This document shows positions 63,297 to 64,000 of a stretch of 64,000 bases of DNA, one piece after another (position 1 is the first letter of the stretch; each line of letters begins with the position of its first letter). This DNA comes from Patescibacteria group bacterium (GTDB taxonomy: Bacteria > Patescibacteriota > Saccharimonadia > UBA4664 > SCTI01). Below the pieces are notes generated by a model. It made no database searches. It saw only the letters and a program-made list of their open reading frames with translations, and was not told where the DNA came from. The position numbers and the translations under genes are program-made. The stretch covers positions 115,467 to 179,466 of the forward strand of contig SCTI01000001.1 of assembly GCA_004297735.1 (NCBI GenBank), given 5' to 3'.

Positions 63297-64000
63297 ATGA
63301 AGCTATGGATTCGACAACATAGAGTAGCGCTGGCGCTAACCACCATAATGCTGATAGCAGCATTTATGCGACTGTGGCAATTGGATAACACTCCTCCAGG
63401 TCTTCATCCTGACGAAGCCGCCAACGGGCTGGACGTTTTTGATATCTTACAGGGTCATCTGCAGGTCTTTTTTGAGCGTAATGGTGGCCGTGAGGGACTC
63501 TTCTTTTACTTGCAGGCGGTAGGGGTCTCGATATTCGGTAATACCATTTTAGGCTTGCGTATAGCTCCAGCTTTGTTAGGAACTGCGGCGGTAGCGGCGG
63601 TTTACCTGTGGGCGGCCAGCTGGTTTAACCGTCGAACTGCACTGATAGCGGCTCTATTTATGGCGGTAACGCCTTGGGCGGTAATTATTTCGCGTGATGG
63701 CTTTAGAGCCAGCATGCTCATGCTGATGATACCGCTCACCCTGTGGCTGATCACTAAAGCCATACGCAGTAATCGCTGGTACTGGTTCGCGGGTGCAGGT
63801 GTTAGCTTTGGGCTAGGCTTCTACACCTATATTGCCTACCGAATGTTTCCGCTGGCACTGGTGGCAGCAGCAGCGTTTGTGCTGATCTGGCGTAGAAACT
63901 GGATTCAGCAATACTGGCGCGGGCTGGCAGTTTTTGGCTTGGCAGCGGCAATTGTTTTGATACCGCTAGGTCTTTACGCTATTGGCAACCCGAGCGCTAT
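63297..64000 (+). CDS. GT-C membrane glycosyltransferase (ArnT/PMT-like), truncated by window end; not in ORF track
   Basis: Hand translation: RLWQL..PPGLHPDEA.NG, GREGLF, GLGFYTY. Confidence 0.85.
   Translation, partial: MKLWIRQHRVALALTTIMLIAAFMRLWQLDNTPPGLHPDEAANGLDVFDILQGHLQVFFERNGGREGLFFYLQAVGVSIFGNTILGLRIAPALLGTAAVAAVYLWAASWFNRRTALIAALFMAVTPWAVIISRDGFRASMLMLMIPLTLWLITKAIRSNRWYWFAGAGVSFGLGFYTYIAYRMFPLALVAAAAFVLIWRRNWIQQYWRGLAVFGLAAAIVLIPLGLYAIGNPSA

Overview
Core-genome window of a Candidate Phyla Radiation (Patescibacteria, probably Saccharimonadia-like) bacterium using the standard genetic code. The backbone is tig, clpP, rpoBC, the str operon (rpsL-rpsG-fusA-tuf-rpsJ), the S10-spc-alpha cluster (no L30, adk or map), four tRNAs, rpmG, aspS, secE-nusG-rplK-rplA, rplJ-rplL, dnaX-dnaB and GtrA/GT-C glycosylation genes. 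Accessory inserts interrupt normally contiguous operons. (1) A stand-alone retron-like reverse transcriptase lies between rplA and rplJ. It is preceded by a ~210-nt multi-hairpin non-coding region closed by a long-range inverted repeat, has altered RT motifs and has no recognisable effector. This is the best candidate for an undescribed system. (2) Two unlinked phage-tail-fibre/tailspike-like genes share a ~35-aa N-terminal module. (3) Several orphan cassettes occur, one with a highly structured intergenic RNA. Other oddities are an EF-G with NKIN instead of NKxD, duplicated L1-binding leaders, a CIRCE operator at clpP, apparently leaderless genes and a K-channel with a degenerate filter. All calls come from motif recognition by eye; no searches or folding programs were run.
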